A stretch of DNA of 63,768 nt, filler included, from Octopus bimaculoides (GCF_001194135.2; 7 parts of 6 records of this genome joined end to end with filler, not necessarily neighbours in it); one strand, 5' to 3'. Shown: positions 23,722 to 35,811, counted from the whole stretch's first letter. Numbers and translations are program-made. Notes: generated from the sequence alone by a model not told the origin.

Positions 23722-24927
23722 CAGGGTGGGGCAAAATGATTTGACACATTTGTAGGTTTAATAAAAGTGAAATAAAATAAATAATGAAAAAAGTGTTTTT
23801 ATTTTCCAAAGGTACATATAATGCCATTTTGTTTCAGATTACCCATATGAATTGGACAGGTGAGCATAACGCTTTCATTGTGGAAACATTTATCAAGAAC
23901 AATGAATCAGTAACTGCAGCGCAAAGCGCACTTTAGGCTTGGTAGACATGATTCCGTACCTGCTTGAAACAGGATTTTATTAAGGGTTACAAACGTCAGA
24001 CCTAGTGGTTCAGCATTGAAACGAACATCAACCGGCCGGTCGATGACCGCCAGAACTCCAGAAAATGTGGCGGCGGTAAGAGCTTCAATTCAACAGTCTC
24101 CATGACGTTCAGCATGGAAACACGCCACTGCTCTTGGGCTTCTCAATAGAGGTTTGAGAAGAATTCTTCACAAGGATCTGCAAATGCATCTATACAAAAT
24201 GCTGTTGGTACAGGAACTCAGCAAAAGAGACCATAAGAGTCACAGAATATTGTGTTTGGAAATTCAACAACAGTGACGAGGCCCATTCTCACCTGTGTGG
24301 AAGCATAAAGAAGCAAAATTTCCAATATAGTGTGCGGCAGCAGAATTTGGCATTTGGGTCCATACTTTCTTGAAGAAAACAATGTTACAGTGACTGTTAA
24401 CTCTGACTGTTATTGTATGTTGCTAGACACTTTTTTGAGACCCAGATTGAATGACCTTGATGATAGAAACAATGTTTGGTTTCAACAAAATGGAACAACA
24501 GCCCACACTTCTAGACGTTCGATGGGAATTTTGAGGGAGATGTTCCCCAGTCATTTGATCTCATTGCATGGTGATATTAGTTAGTCTGCCCGATCACCTG
24601 ATTTGAACCTGTGTGATTTTTTCTGTGGGGATATTTGAAATCAAAAGTATACGCTCATCGCCCTCTATCTATTGAACAATTAAAAGATGCCATTTGTCAA
24701 GAAATTGTTGCCATTCCACATGAAATGACCTGTTGAGTTATGGACAACTTTCGCGAACTTGTTCAGTGTGTGGACAATAACGGCAAACATTTGACTGATG
24801 TAATTTTTAAAACAAATTGAAACAAAATGGCATTATGTGTACATTTGGACAATAAAAACATTTTTTTCATTCTTTTCTCTATTTCACTTTTATTAAACCG
24901 ACAAATGTGTCAGATCATTTTGCTCCA
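23722..24927 (+). mobile_element. Degenerate Tc1/mariner-superfamily transposon, maT/DD37D-like (DUF4817-type N-terminus)
   Basis: TA|cagggtggggcaaaatgatttgacacatttg TIR with inverted partner at about 24880-24927. Remnant MNWTGEHNAFIVETF..RTPENVAAVR..SDEAH..KQNF..GPYF..WFQQNGTTAHT..RSPDLNLCDFF(L)WGYLKSKVY. Confidence 0.9.
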
Positions 24928-25066
24928 GCTTCTGTCTACCAAATCCATTCACAAGACTTTGGTTAGCCCGAGGCAATTGTAGAAGACGCTCACCCAGGAT
25001 GCCACGCAGTGGGACTGAACCCACCTGGAACCATGTGGTTCGGAAGCAAGCTTCTTACCACACAGT
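24928..25066 (-). mobile_element. SINE family B, 5' part (tRNA head + CORE)
   Basis: gtctaccaaatccattcacaag..gccacgcagtgggactgaac..cttaccacacag. Confidence 0.85.
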
Positions 25067-25367
25067 CTTCAACTTTTTTTTTGTATATGTCTAAGTCCCT
25101 TGGTTACTGAAGATAGCGTCAGAAAAATGTGTTCATGATTTTTCTCTTATCTACTGACAATAATCTAATCTTTTTTCAAAATGGCATGTCAGATACAGAG
25201 AATTCATGAATTTTGAGTTAACCTCTCCTTCTCAAGTGGAGCTGGTCTTCATTACCATTTGGTGATTATAATACATTCTGTAGAAGTACAGATAATTTTA
25301 ATAAAGCAAGAATTTGTTTTATGGTATTTGATATAGCTGCATTTGTCTAGGTATATATCATCATCAT

Positions 25368-25580
25368 CATCATCCTCCTCCTCATCATCATCATCATCAT
25401 TTAACGTCTTTTTTCCATGCTGGCATGGGTTGGACGGTTTGACCAGAGCTGATAAGGCCAGGAGCTGCATCAGGCTCCATTGTCTGTTTTGGCACGATTT
25501 CTACAATTGGATGCTCTTCCTAACACCAACCATTCTGCAGAGTGTACTGGGTGCTTTTTATGGGGTTCCTGCTCCAGTGC
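25368..25580 (-). mobile_element. RTE-derived 3' end fragment
   Basis: catcatttaacgtc..ccatgctggcatgggttggacggtttgac..ggatgctcttcctaacaccaacc. Confidence 0.85.
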
Positions 25581-25989
25581 TGAGCAGATTTGCGTTTTAA
25601 ATTTATGTGCATGTATACATATACAGACATCACATGCACACAAACACAAATACACACACACGCGTGCACACACACACACCATCATCATTATCATCATCAT
25701 CACTTTTCTATGCTCACATTGACTGGACTGAATTCAAATTCAGTGAGGCAGATTTTCTATGACTGGATGTCACTAATACTTATCTTTTCTAAGTAAGGCA
25801 ATATTCATTACCCTGGTTTGAGACGTTTTTCACAAAAATATTGGAAATGAAGAACTGCTTATATGATGGTGACACTTGTTTACAACTATCATATGACGTC
25901 AAGACAAGATGCTAACACTCACATACACACATTATTTCTTTGTTTCCTTCTTGCCACATAATCTTACTCACTTTATTTGTATTCTTTCT

Positions 25990-26193
25990 GATAAAGGCAC
26001 AAGGCCTGAAGATTTGACGGGAGAGGTAAGTCGATTACAACCCCAGTGCTTCACTGGTACTTAATTTATTGACCCCGAAGGGATGAAAGGTAAAGTTGAT
26101 CTTGACAGAATTTGATCTCAGAACATAGTGACAAGCAAAAATACCACTAAGCATTTCGTCCAGTGTGCTAACAATTCTGCCAGCTTGTCACCC

Positions 26194-26269
<76 letters not shown>

Positions 26270-26509
26270 AACAACAACAACAACAACAACAACAACAATA
26301 ATAATAATAATAATGGTTTCAAACTTTGCTACAAGGGCAGCAATTTTGGGAGAGGGGATGAGTTGATTACTTATTCTATTGACCTTGAAAGAATGAAAGG
26401 TAAAGTCAACCTTGGCAGAATTTGAACTCAGAACGTAGCGATGGGTGAAATACTGCTAAGCATTTCATCCAGCGTGCTAACAATTCTACCAGATCGCTGC
26501 CTTAACAAC

Positions 26510-26564
<55 letters not shown>

Positions 26565-26790
26565 GGTTTCAAATTTTGAGGGAGAGGATAAGTCAATTAC
26601 ATCAACCCCAGTGTTCAACTGGTACTTATTTTATTTNNNNNNNNNNNNNNNNNNNNNNNNNNNNNNNNNNNNNNNNNNNNNNNNNNNNNNNNNNNNNNNN
26701 NNNNNNNNNNNNNNNNNNNNNNNNNNNNNNNNNNNNNNNNNNNNNNNNNNNNNNNNNNNNNNNNNNNNNNNNNATCGCTGCCTTAACAAC

Positions 26791-26845
<55 letters not shown>

Positions 26846-27040
26846 GGTTTCAAATTTTGAGGGAGAGGATAAGTCAATTACATCAACCCCAGTGTTCAAC
26901 TGGTACTTATTTTATTTACCCTGAAAGAATGAAAGGCAAAGCCAACCTCGATGAAATTTGAACTCAGAATGTAGTGACAGACAAAATACTGCTAAGCATT
27001 TTGCCTGGTGTGCTAATGATTCTGCTAGCTCACCACCGTA
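25990..27040 (-). mobile_element. Cluster of three SINE family D copies separated by (AAT)n/(GAT)n/(AAC)n tracts
   Basis: Copies at about 25990-26190, 26314-26503 and 26845-27038. 26492-26636 is repeated at 26774-26918 across an N gap. Confidence 0.85.
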
Positions 27041-27339
27041 ATAATAATGATGATGATGATGATTTTGTTTATTTGCCATCAGGGCCAAGGATGGAGGTGG
27101 GGGAAATACAAAAGACATAAAGTGTTGGCATTTAATTATAATGAAATGGTAAAATAAATAAAAACAAAAGGTAAGTATACATGGTGTATGGTGAAAAAGG
27201 AAAGGAAACTATACATAGTATACAATGGGGTGTGGGAATAACAATGGTTTCAAATTTTGGCCTAAGGCCAGTAATTTTGAGGTGGGGGTAATTCCATCCC
27301 AGTGTGCAATTGGTACTTATTTTATTGACACTGAAAGGA

Positions 27340-27593
27340 TCATCATCATCATCATTATCGTTTAACGTCCGCTTTCCATGCTAGCATGGGTTGGACGATT
27401 TGACTGAGGACTGGTGAAACCAGATGGCAACACCAGGCTCCAATCTAAATTTGGCAGAGTTTCTACAGCTGGATGCCCTTCCTAACGCCAACCACTCAGA
27501 GAGTGTAGTAGGTGCTTTTACGTGTCACCTGCATGAAGGCCAGTCAGGCGATACTGGCAACGCCCACGCTCGAAATGGTGTCTTTTATGTGCC
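27340..27593 (-). mobile_element. RTE-derived 3' end fragment, cut by linker
   Basis: tttaacgtccgctttccatgctagcatgggttggacg..ggatgcccttcctaacgccaacc. Confidence 0.9.
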
Positions 27594-27695
27594 NNNNNNN
27601 NNNNNNNNNNNNNNNNNNNNNNNNNNNNNNNNNNNNNTTAATTAATTAANNNNNNNNNNNNNNNNNNNNNNNNNNNNNNNNNNNNNNNNNNNNCA

Positions 27696-27732
<37 letters not shown>

Positions 27733-28365
27733 TATATACTCTTTTACTTGTTTCAGTCATTTGACTGCGGCCATGCATATATTCATATATATATAAATAT
27801 TTATATATATATATATATATAAATCGTTAAAAAATACCATAACACAGACCTGATGGAAGGAAGTTTTTATGTAAGTGCTTTTCGCTGTTTCAACTTTTCA
27901 AGCAGACATCTTACAAGGCAATCCGTACTGAATAATTAGAATATCAGAATAATTGGGGTTTTTCTTATAAATATTATATCTCATATAAACCAATTTAATC
28001 TTTTAAAATTGCTTGAGTGTTCTTTGAGTAATATTTGGTTGCTATTTCTAGCAGATCGAGAATGCATACAAGGACTCTCGCATGTGGAAATGATACTGTA
28101 GCTGATGCTGTTGGTGGTGGATATGGTGGTAATGGTGGTGTTGGTGGCATGTTCATTAGTGATGGTGGTGGTGAATGTATTCTTTGTGGTGGTGGTGGTG
28201 GTAGTTGAAAGATGAGTAAAGAGAGAAACTTAATGGAATTAGGTCATTTTTCATCGAAATCAAAGCCAAATTTCTAGATATTTCTGAAAATCGATCGTTT
28301 CTGATAGTTTACCAACGTAAACTCTGATCTATTTAGCTCATGGTCAATGCAAAAGCTTTCTGATA

Positions 28366-28429
28366 ATAATTCTGTGTGTGTGTGCGTGCGTGCGTGCGCG
28401 CGTACGATTGTGTGTTTGTATGTGCGATT

Positions 28430-28507
<78 letters not shown>

Positions 28508-28520
28508 GTGTGTGTGTATG
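28366..28520. repeat. (TG)n microsatellite
   Basis: Direct read. Confidence 0.95.
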
Positions 28521-28909
28521 GATTTCTATCAAGGTGTGTCTGTGCGTGCTTGTGTATCTGTATGCACATAACGGTCTGTCTGTACATATTGGCTGAATGC
28601 AATCACTCACAAGCAGGCCACTGTCTGGCCCGCAGATGTGCTGTTTCTTCTCTCTGCCTTTTTCATTCTTGTATCTCGTCTACAAGTGACCTCTGCTTGC
28701 ATGCCTGGTCACGTGTCACCTCCCTTCAGGCACTTCCGACACAATCGTCTCTCCTCCTTCCATCACCCACACCAACCACCGCGCTGCCCCGCCATCAGTT
28801 CAATCCAATTTGCTTCTCTACATTTGCTTGTCTGTTTGTTGATTGCAATTGTTGTGTCTTGGAAGAGTCGGTTTGCCAATGAGAAACACACGCACTGGTG
28901 CTATTTCAT

Positions 28910-28988
<79 letters not shown>

Positions 28989-29011
28989 ACTACTACTACT
29001 ACTACTACTAC

Positions 29012-29057
<46 letters not shown>

Positions 29058-29090
29058 CATAATAATTATAATTATAATAATAATAATCCT
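28910..29090. repeat. Compound (ACT)n(GCT)n(ACT)n(AAT)n microsatellite
   Basis: Direct read. Confidence 0.95.
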
Positions 29091-29443
29091 TTCTACTGAA
29101 GAGACAACTGGTAGTTAATCTATCGACCCCGATGAAAGGTAAAGTCGACCTCGGCGGATAATAATAATAATCTTTTCTACTAAAGGAACAAGGCCTGAAA
29201 TTTGCAGGGTGGCGGTAAGTCGATCACATCAATCCCAGTACTTGATGGCACTTTATTTATCGACCGCGAAAGGATGAAAGGAAAAGTCGACCTGGTGGAT
29301 CAGAACATGAAGAGAGATGAAATGCTGCTAAGTAAATATAATAAACAAGTAGATATAGTAGTAAATATCGCGCGATCGCATAGAAGACCCTTTGTATATT
29401 TCGTTAGTTTTAGTACATATACACGCATATATTTGTTATAGGG

Positions 29444-29829
29444 TGGAAGCGCAATGGCTCAGTGGTTAGGGCAGCGGATTCGCGGTTATAGGATCGCGGT
29501 TTCGATTCCCAGACCGGGCGTTGTGAGTGTTTATTGAGCGAAAGCACCTAAAGCTCCACGAGGCTCCGGCAGGGGATGGTGGCGAACCCTGCTGTACTTT
29601 TTCACCAGAACTTTCTCTCACTCTTACTTCCTGTTTCTGTTGTGCCTGTAATTCAAAGGGTCAGCCTTGTGACACTGTGTCACGTTGAATATCCCCGAGA
29701 ACTACGTTAAGGGTACACGTGTCTGTGGAGTGCTCAGCCACTTGCACGTTAATTTCACGAGCAGGCTGTTCCGTTGATCGGATCAACTGGAACCCTCGAC
29801 GTCGTAAGCGACGGAGTGCCAACAACAAC
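29444..29829 (+). mobile_element. SINE family A, full length, 13 bp TSD
   Basis: Head tggaagcgcaatggctcagtggttagggcagcgg..ggtttcgattccc; tail gcgacggagtgccaacaacaac; TSD atttgttataggg at 29431-29443 and 29830-29842. Confidence 0.95.
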
Positions 29830-29957
29830 ATTTGTTATAGGGCTCCACTTTTAATAAAACGCATGATTGTGATTCAGTTTCAACATTTCTTGTTTTTTAT
29901 TTTATATTTCACATTTCCTCATTAATTCTTTATATTTTGTTTGGAAGAGTAAATCTC

Positions 29958-30006
29958 CCAAGATCACCAACGTTTCAAGATCCAGACAGTTTTATCATCA
30001 GTTAAA
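29958..30006 (-). ncRNA. Degenerate hammerhead-like motif
   Basis: Minus strand: CTGATGA taaaactgtctggatctt GAAAC gttggt. Stems I and II are poorly paired. Confidence 0.3.
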
Positions 30007-30192
30007 GAACCCCTGCCGCCCAGTTTCCCAAAACAACCTACTTCATTGATGATTTCATTTCATTGCTGTGTTTAATGTCGGTCAACATTATATATCTGTT
30101 TCAAATCATTCAGCGTTCCTATAATTGTCGTCTACATACAGAAAGAAAAAAAGATTAAAAAAAAAAACTGCAATAACAACCACCACTAAAAT

Positions 30193-30244
30193 CATTTCAT
30201 ACTGAAGATAAAACTGGATTGGTCTTGAAACGTCGTCATAAATG
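30193..30244 (+). ncRNA. Degenerate type I hammerhead-like motif
   Basis: catttcata CTGAAGA taaaactggattggtctt GAAA cg-t-cgT C ataaatg: palindromic stem III and cattt/aaatg stem I; stem II imperfect. Confidence 0.45.
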
Positions 30245-30619
30245 GGAGGCTAGTGTTCCTAACAAGTGATAAAGAAACAAGGAGCAAAAACAAAATCCTT
30301 AATAAAAGTCAAATGGAACTTAGCCGTATTTCCCATGATAAATAATTATTCACGTATGTACATTAATAAAACCAAGCATATACATATATATTTATACTTA
30401 ACCCAAACAAACACATCTATTTATGGTTATGTGTACAGGATGACACGACAGTAACATTCTTTTTTAAAATTTTAATTTTTAATGGTAAGTTAAAGAAATT
30501 TTTTTCCCTTTGGGTATGTTGTAATTCGGGTCTTGGAAATAAGTGTGGAATAGAACATCCTGCAAATGCCTTCTGTATCAGCTTCGCAGCGTTGATCCCC
30601 TTTTAGGGCTACAGGTGAA

Positions 30620-30863
30620 GATGCGTGGTTGAGTGGTAAGGATATTCGGCTCACGATCGTAAGGTCATGAGTTCGATTCCGGCTGCGCGTTATGTCCTTG
30701 AGCAAGACATTTTATTTCACGTTACCCTAGTACACTCAGCTGGCAACCCCCCCCCCAAAAAAAAAAAAACCGAGTAGTCCCTGTATTTCGAAGGGCCAGC
30801 CTTGTCACAATCTGTGCCACATTGAATTTTCCTGAGGACTTTATTAAGGGTATACGTTTCTGC
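30620..30863 (+). mobile_element. SINE family C (tRNA head + CORE-like body + family-A-type tail)
   Basis: gagttcgattcc B-box, gtccttgagcaagacattttatttcacg, then aagggccagccttgtcaca..ttaagggtatacg, similar to the family A 3' region. Confidence 0.8.
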
Positions 30864-31706
30864 NNNNNNNNNNNNNNNNNNNNNNNNNNNNNNNNNNNNN
30901 NNNNNNNNNNNNNNNNNNNNNNNNNNNNNNNNNNNNNNNNNNNNNNNNNNNNNNNNNNNNNNNNNNNNNNNNNNNNNNNNNNNNNNNNNNNNNNNNNNNN
31001 NNNNNNNNNNNNNNNNNNNNNNNNNNNNNNNNNNNNNNNNNNNNNNNNNNNNNNNNNNNNNNNNNNNNNNNNNNNNNNNNNNNNNNNNNNNNNNNNNNNN
31101 NNNNNNNNNNNNNNNNNNNNNNNNNNNNNNNNNNNNNNNNNNNNNNNNNNNNNNNNNNNNNNNNNNNNNNNNNNNNNNNNNNNNNNNNNNNNNNNNNNNN
31201 NNNNNNNNNNNNNNNNNNNNNNNNNNNNNNNNNNNNNNNNNNNNNNNNNNNNNNNNNNNNNNNNNNNNNNNNNNNNNNNNTGTGTGTGTGTGTGTGTGTG
31301 TGTGTGTGTTGGCGAAACATCGATGTTCATCATTCCTAGATGGGATTGAAGGTGAGTTATCTCGCCTGTCCATGACTGTAAGGTGTTTTTACACTTGGCG
31401 CTTTGAGAGAGTATTCTCCTCCACGCTAGGAGCAGCTTAGCGGCAAATACACGATGCATATGCGTTAAGTATATGTGGTTGATAATGTTTATATACACCC
31501 AGAACCACACTAATAACTTAGGTGTTAAATTTAGGATTTCTCGGCTTTCTGTGAATCGATTTTGATAAAACTTTTCCAAGCTGGTTTGCACACCATGGCT
31601 ATACCATTGTTATGTTTTCATTATTCTGTGTAACGTCCTTTTTTTATTTCAGATTCTTCAGTTTTTGGGTGAAACACGCTAATGGCATCTCTCCTCTCTA
31701 AGAACA

Positions 31707-32510
31707 ATGGGACGTGGAAAAGGCCTTAACGATGAAAAAAAGTCTGTTATCCTCAAGGAAAGTGCCAAAGGCACCTCTCTTCATGTCCTTGTGGAGATGT
31801 TAGGTCATCATATGGACACGGTTAGACAATTCCCGAAAGGCCATTCACCAAGGAAGAAACGATCTGATTGTGGGACCTCCAAGACTGTGACAGGTAGGGA
31901 TTTAAGGAATACTAACTGCAAGTTACGTGGGAAACCTGGACAAACGAGCAAAGCCATTTTTACCGCTTCCGGACTTTCGCGTACCGAAAACCACCAGAAA
32001 TCGCATCCTCAGAACCATTGCTTCTGTGCGAAAACCCATGAATCTGCATCCTTTGATGCCCAGTCACAGGAGTTCGAGGCTTCAATGGGCCACAAAATGC
32101 ATGATGATAGACATGAGTTGTGTTCTGTTCATTGACGAAACCAGAGCGACCCTTGACGGACTTGACGGTTGGGAAAATGCTTGGTCAATTTGGGAGATGA
32201 GCGTCACTTACGTTTACACCGCTAATGACGAGGTGGTGGAGTCATATTGTGGGCTGGTTGGGGACAGGTATGTTAGCCTAGTCAGGGTGCCTGAAGGTGT
32301 TAACGTAACCTCAGCCACCTACTGCAATCTCCTGAAGGAGGTCTTGGATCCCTGACTAGATGACATACCGCTGTCACTTCAAAGGAATCTCATATTCATG
32401 CATGACAACGCTCCTCCTCACTCTGCTAAGGCCACCTAAACATTACTAGGGTCTTACGGCATACAAAGTGAAACGGTGATTGTGTAGCTACCAGCATCTC
32501 CGGATCTCGG
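31707..32510 (+). pseudogene. Degenerate Tc1-like transposase, 3'-truncated
   Basis: MGRGKGL..RKKRSDCG..(frameshift)..RLQWA..VLFIDETRATLDG.DGW..GGGVILWAG..IFMHDNAPPHSAKAT..LPASPDL, then truncated. Confidence 0.9.
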
Positions 32511-32615
32511 CGTTTATTTCCTTAATATATGGTTATTTAATGTACGCATGCAAATTTGTTTACAGTTTATGTATGTATGCATATATGCATGCATGCGTGC
32601 TTGTATGCATGTATA

Positions 32616-32651
<36 letters not shown>

Positions 32652-32956
32652 TGAATGTATGTATGTACGTATGCATGCATGCTTATTTGTATGTATATAT
32701 GTATGTATGTATGAATGCATGTACGTATATAGATATAGATATGTAAGAGTATGTATGTGTATATGTATGCATGCATGTATGTATATATATATATANNNNN
32801 NNNNNNNNNNNNNNNNNNNNNNNNNNNNNNNNNNNNNNNNNNNNNNNNNNNNNNNNNNNNNNNNNNNNNNNNNNNNNNNNNNNNNNNNNNNNNNNNNNNN
32901 NNNNNNNNNNNNNNNNNNNNNNNNNNNNNNNNNNNNNNNTATGTATATATATATGC

Positions 32957-32988
<32 letters not shown>

Positions 32989-33021
32989 GTTTAACGGTCA
33001 TTTTTCACAGGAATTTTCAAT

Positions 33022-33093
33022 GGCCGGATAACTGAAGAGATGGCGGCGTGGGTTTTCACTCTGGCATCCGAAACTCGGAGTTTTATCATGGCT
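33022..33093 (+). ncRNA. Type I hammerhead ribozyme (Penelope/retrozyme-type), core intact
   Basis: Stem I GATAA(33027-31)/TTATC(33083-87), extendable with GGCC/GGCT; CTGAAGA 33032-38; 13 bp stem II with 2 mismatches; GAAA 33070-73; stem III ACTC-g-GAGT; predicted cleavage after GUU at 33082. Confidence 0.8.
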
Positions 33094-33850
33094 ACCGAAT
33101 ATTTGTCACATATTTTTACAGATAAATTCCTCTATTTACATAATATCGAGCTCTCATTCTTTCTTTTGTTGTCCTTTCTATCAATATATATATGTATATA
33201 TATATATACACGCATACATAAATAAAATGTACACGCATGCGTACAGTTATCAACATATATGAGAAAGAAAATGAGGATTTGTGAAGTTCATGCCCTTTAG
33301 CTGTAGTTCGAGAGGTCATTAGAGAGGAGACAAGAGTAAAGCTGTTTGTTGTACGTCCTTGGAGCAGTTGAAGAGATGATGACACACACACACATATAAG
33401 TAGAGGAGGAAGAAGATACTGATGGTGACTACGACGACGATGATGATGATAAGGACGTGGTTGTGGTGGTGGTGGTGGTGGTAGTGGTAGTAGTAATCGG
33501 AACTGCGGTAGGAGAAATAAATGAAAAGGAGATAATGAGGGAGACGATGATGATAAAAACGTAGCAGCAGTTGTTGTTGTAGTAGTAGTAGTAGTATTAG
33601 TAGTAGTAGTAAAAGTGGTGTATTGGTAGAGTGGTCAGAGCTTGGGATAGAATGTTTTGTGCTATTTGTTTCGGCTCCCTGTGTTCTGAGATCAAATCCT
33701 ACTTAGGCCGATTGTGCCTTTCTTCCATTCAGGGTCGATAAACAACCGCCATGTCCTGCAATTTTGCCTCCTCCTCCTATTAACTTTATACAAACCGTGC
33801 TCACTACGATTTATAAAACTCTGCTGCCTTGTGGAGTGATTCATTTAGAG

Positions 33851-34201
33851 CAGGCCTGGTCAACTCGAATTAGATTGCGGGCCACTTTAAATACAGAAAG
33901 TTTTTTGAGGGCCGCTTGTGTACTGACAGAATTGAAAGCATTTTGCTTTCTCATGCTATTATTACAATAATGAATGAATACCCGTTGATCCAGTATGGAA
34001 TATCATCGTCTCAAAAATAGTATCTTTCATTTTTACTTTTTATTACAATCTTAGATAAAATTTTAATACAATATTTTATTTTTGATAAATATTTTAAAAT
34101 GTTTGTTTAAATAAACCCGTTTCAAGAAAGTATCAAGCGGGCTGTAAGATAAAAGTCTGCGGGTCGAATGCGGCCCGCAGGCCTCAGGTAGGCCAGCCCT
34201 G
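33851..34201. mobile_element. hAT-type MITE
   Basis: caggcctggtcaac / gtaggccagccctg ends; 8 bp TSD atttagag / atttaaag. Confidence 0.85.
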
Positions 34202-34838
34202 ATTTAAAGTTTNNNNNNNNNNNNNNNNNNNNNNNNNNNNNNNNNNNNNNNNNNNNNNNNNNNNNNNNNNNNNNNNNNNNNNNNNNNNNNNNNNNNNNNN
34301 NNNNNNNNNNNNNNNNNNNNNNNNNNNNNNNNNNNNNNNNNNNNNNNNNNNNNNNNNNNNNNNNNNNNNNNNNNNNNNNNNNNNNNNNNNNNNNNNNNNN
34401 NNNNNNNNNNNNNNNNNNNNNNNNNNNNNNNNNNNNNNNNNNNNNNNNNNNNNNNNNNNNNNNNNNNNNNNNNNNNNNNNNNNNNNNNNNNNNNNNNNNN
34501 NNNNNNNNNNNNNNNNNNNNNNNNNNNNNNNNNNNNNNNNNNNNNNNNNNNNNNNNNNNNNNNNNNNNNNNNNNNNNNNNNNNNNNNNNNNNNNNNNNNN
34601 NNNNNNNNNNNNNNNNNNNNNNNNNNNNNNNNNNNNNNNNNNNNNNNNNNNNNNNNNNNNNNNNNNNNNNNNNNNNNNNNNNNNNNNNNNNNNNNNNNNN
34701 NNNNNNNNNNNNNNNNNNNNNNNNNNNNNNNNNNNNNNNNNNNNNNNNNNNNNNTTTCACTTCGTTGTTTTTCTATTCCATTAACAACATGTCACAAAGT
34801 TCTTTCTTTTCTTTTAAGTTAACAGTTCTTTTAACACA

Positions 34839-35270
34839 TGTAACGACGAAGTACATTTTAAAGAATATTTGAACAAACGTTCACCGTAATAATTTCCTTT
34901 CTTTCAAAACTCCTACTATAATCCAAGAAGTAGTGACCAACTGACTACTACGATCTTTTGGCTGCCACACAGTCCCATCTCTCTCATTGCTTCAGTCCCT
35001 ATCGGCTGACTGGTTCCTTTCTGACCATAGGCTCTCTCTTTCTCAGCCTCTGTCTGTCAGTTTCTCTGTTCATCTTGGTTGGCTGCTAGCCTTCACACCG
35101 GCTCTCGTTCTTCATCCAGCTACTGGACATCTTCACTTCATCCAACTCCCTGGCCAACTGCTTGATGCCAACTGCTGCGGCCAACTCCTGTACCCAACTG
35201 CTTGATGCCCACTCCTCTGGCCAACCGTTCGCGCCAATTCTTTGTTTATCACAAATACCGTAGCTTTACA
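34839..35270 (-). mobile_element. LTR-like segment
   Basis: TGTAA...TTACA termini, purine tract gggagggggtaagg just outside on the minus strand, internal tandem ggccaactgcttgatgcc repeats. No TSD or pol seen. Confidence 0.4.
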
Positions 35271-35811
35271 GTGCTACCTTACCCCCTCCCAAAGCTGGCT
35301 CAGTCCAGTACAATTCCTCACTTGTTTTTCTGAACTTTTGGTGACCGGAAAGGGTCACTGATCACTCCTACGCTAAAAATAGCTGTACTTGTTCACAAGA
35401 GAAAGGAAATACCATTATCCTCAACAACCAGAATACGGTTTCAAAATCCAGCTCGGGAGATAGGGATATAACATTCATTTGTATTTTCGGTGGTCGCATC
35501 AGTATAGTTACATTTAACCAATATCTGGCATCCTCTGCACCTCAGTAGATGCTACGAACATATTGACTTTTTTTCGTGTCGTATTCATGAGTAGAGAAGT
35601 GGCAAGTGTGCTTGGGGCTATGTACTTGCTTCTGGAAATAACCTTGTCACAGCAGAGGTGTTTAAATTGCTGTCTCTGAAATACCGTCGACGATGACGAC
35701 AAAAATGTTTGACCAACCACACTGCTGTCTAAAGTCTCAGACTACGGGTAATTAGTTTGTCATGTTTTCTCTATTGACGGGGGTATTTTGTTGCTCTATA
35801 TTGTTATTACG

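Noticed and set aside
26492-26918. 145 bp identical duplication
   Set aside because: Identical copies sit on both sides of an N gap; likely an unmerged contig overlap.
29444-29520. tRNA-Arg-like sequence as a tRNA gene
   Set aside because: It is the head of a SINE with body, tail and TSD. The same applies to the other tRNA-like heads.
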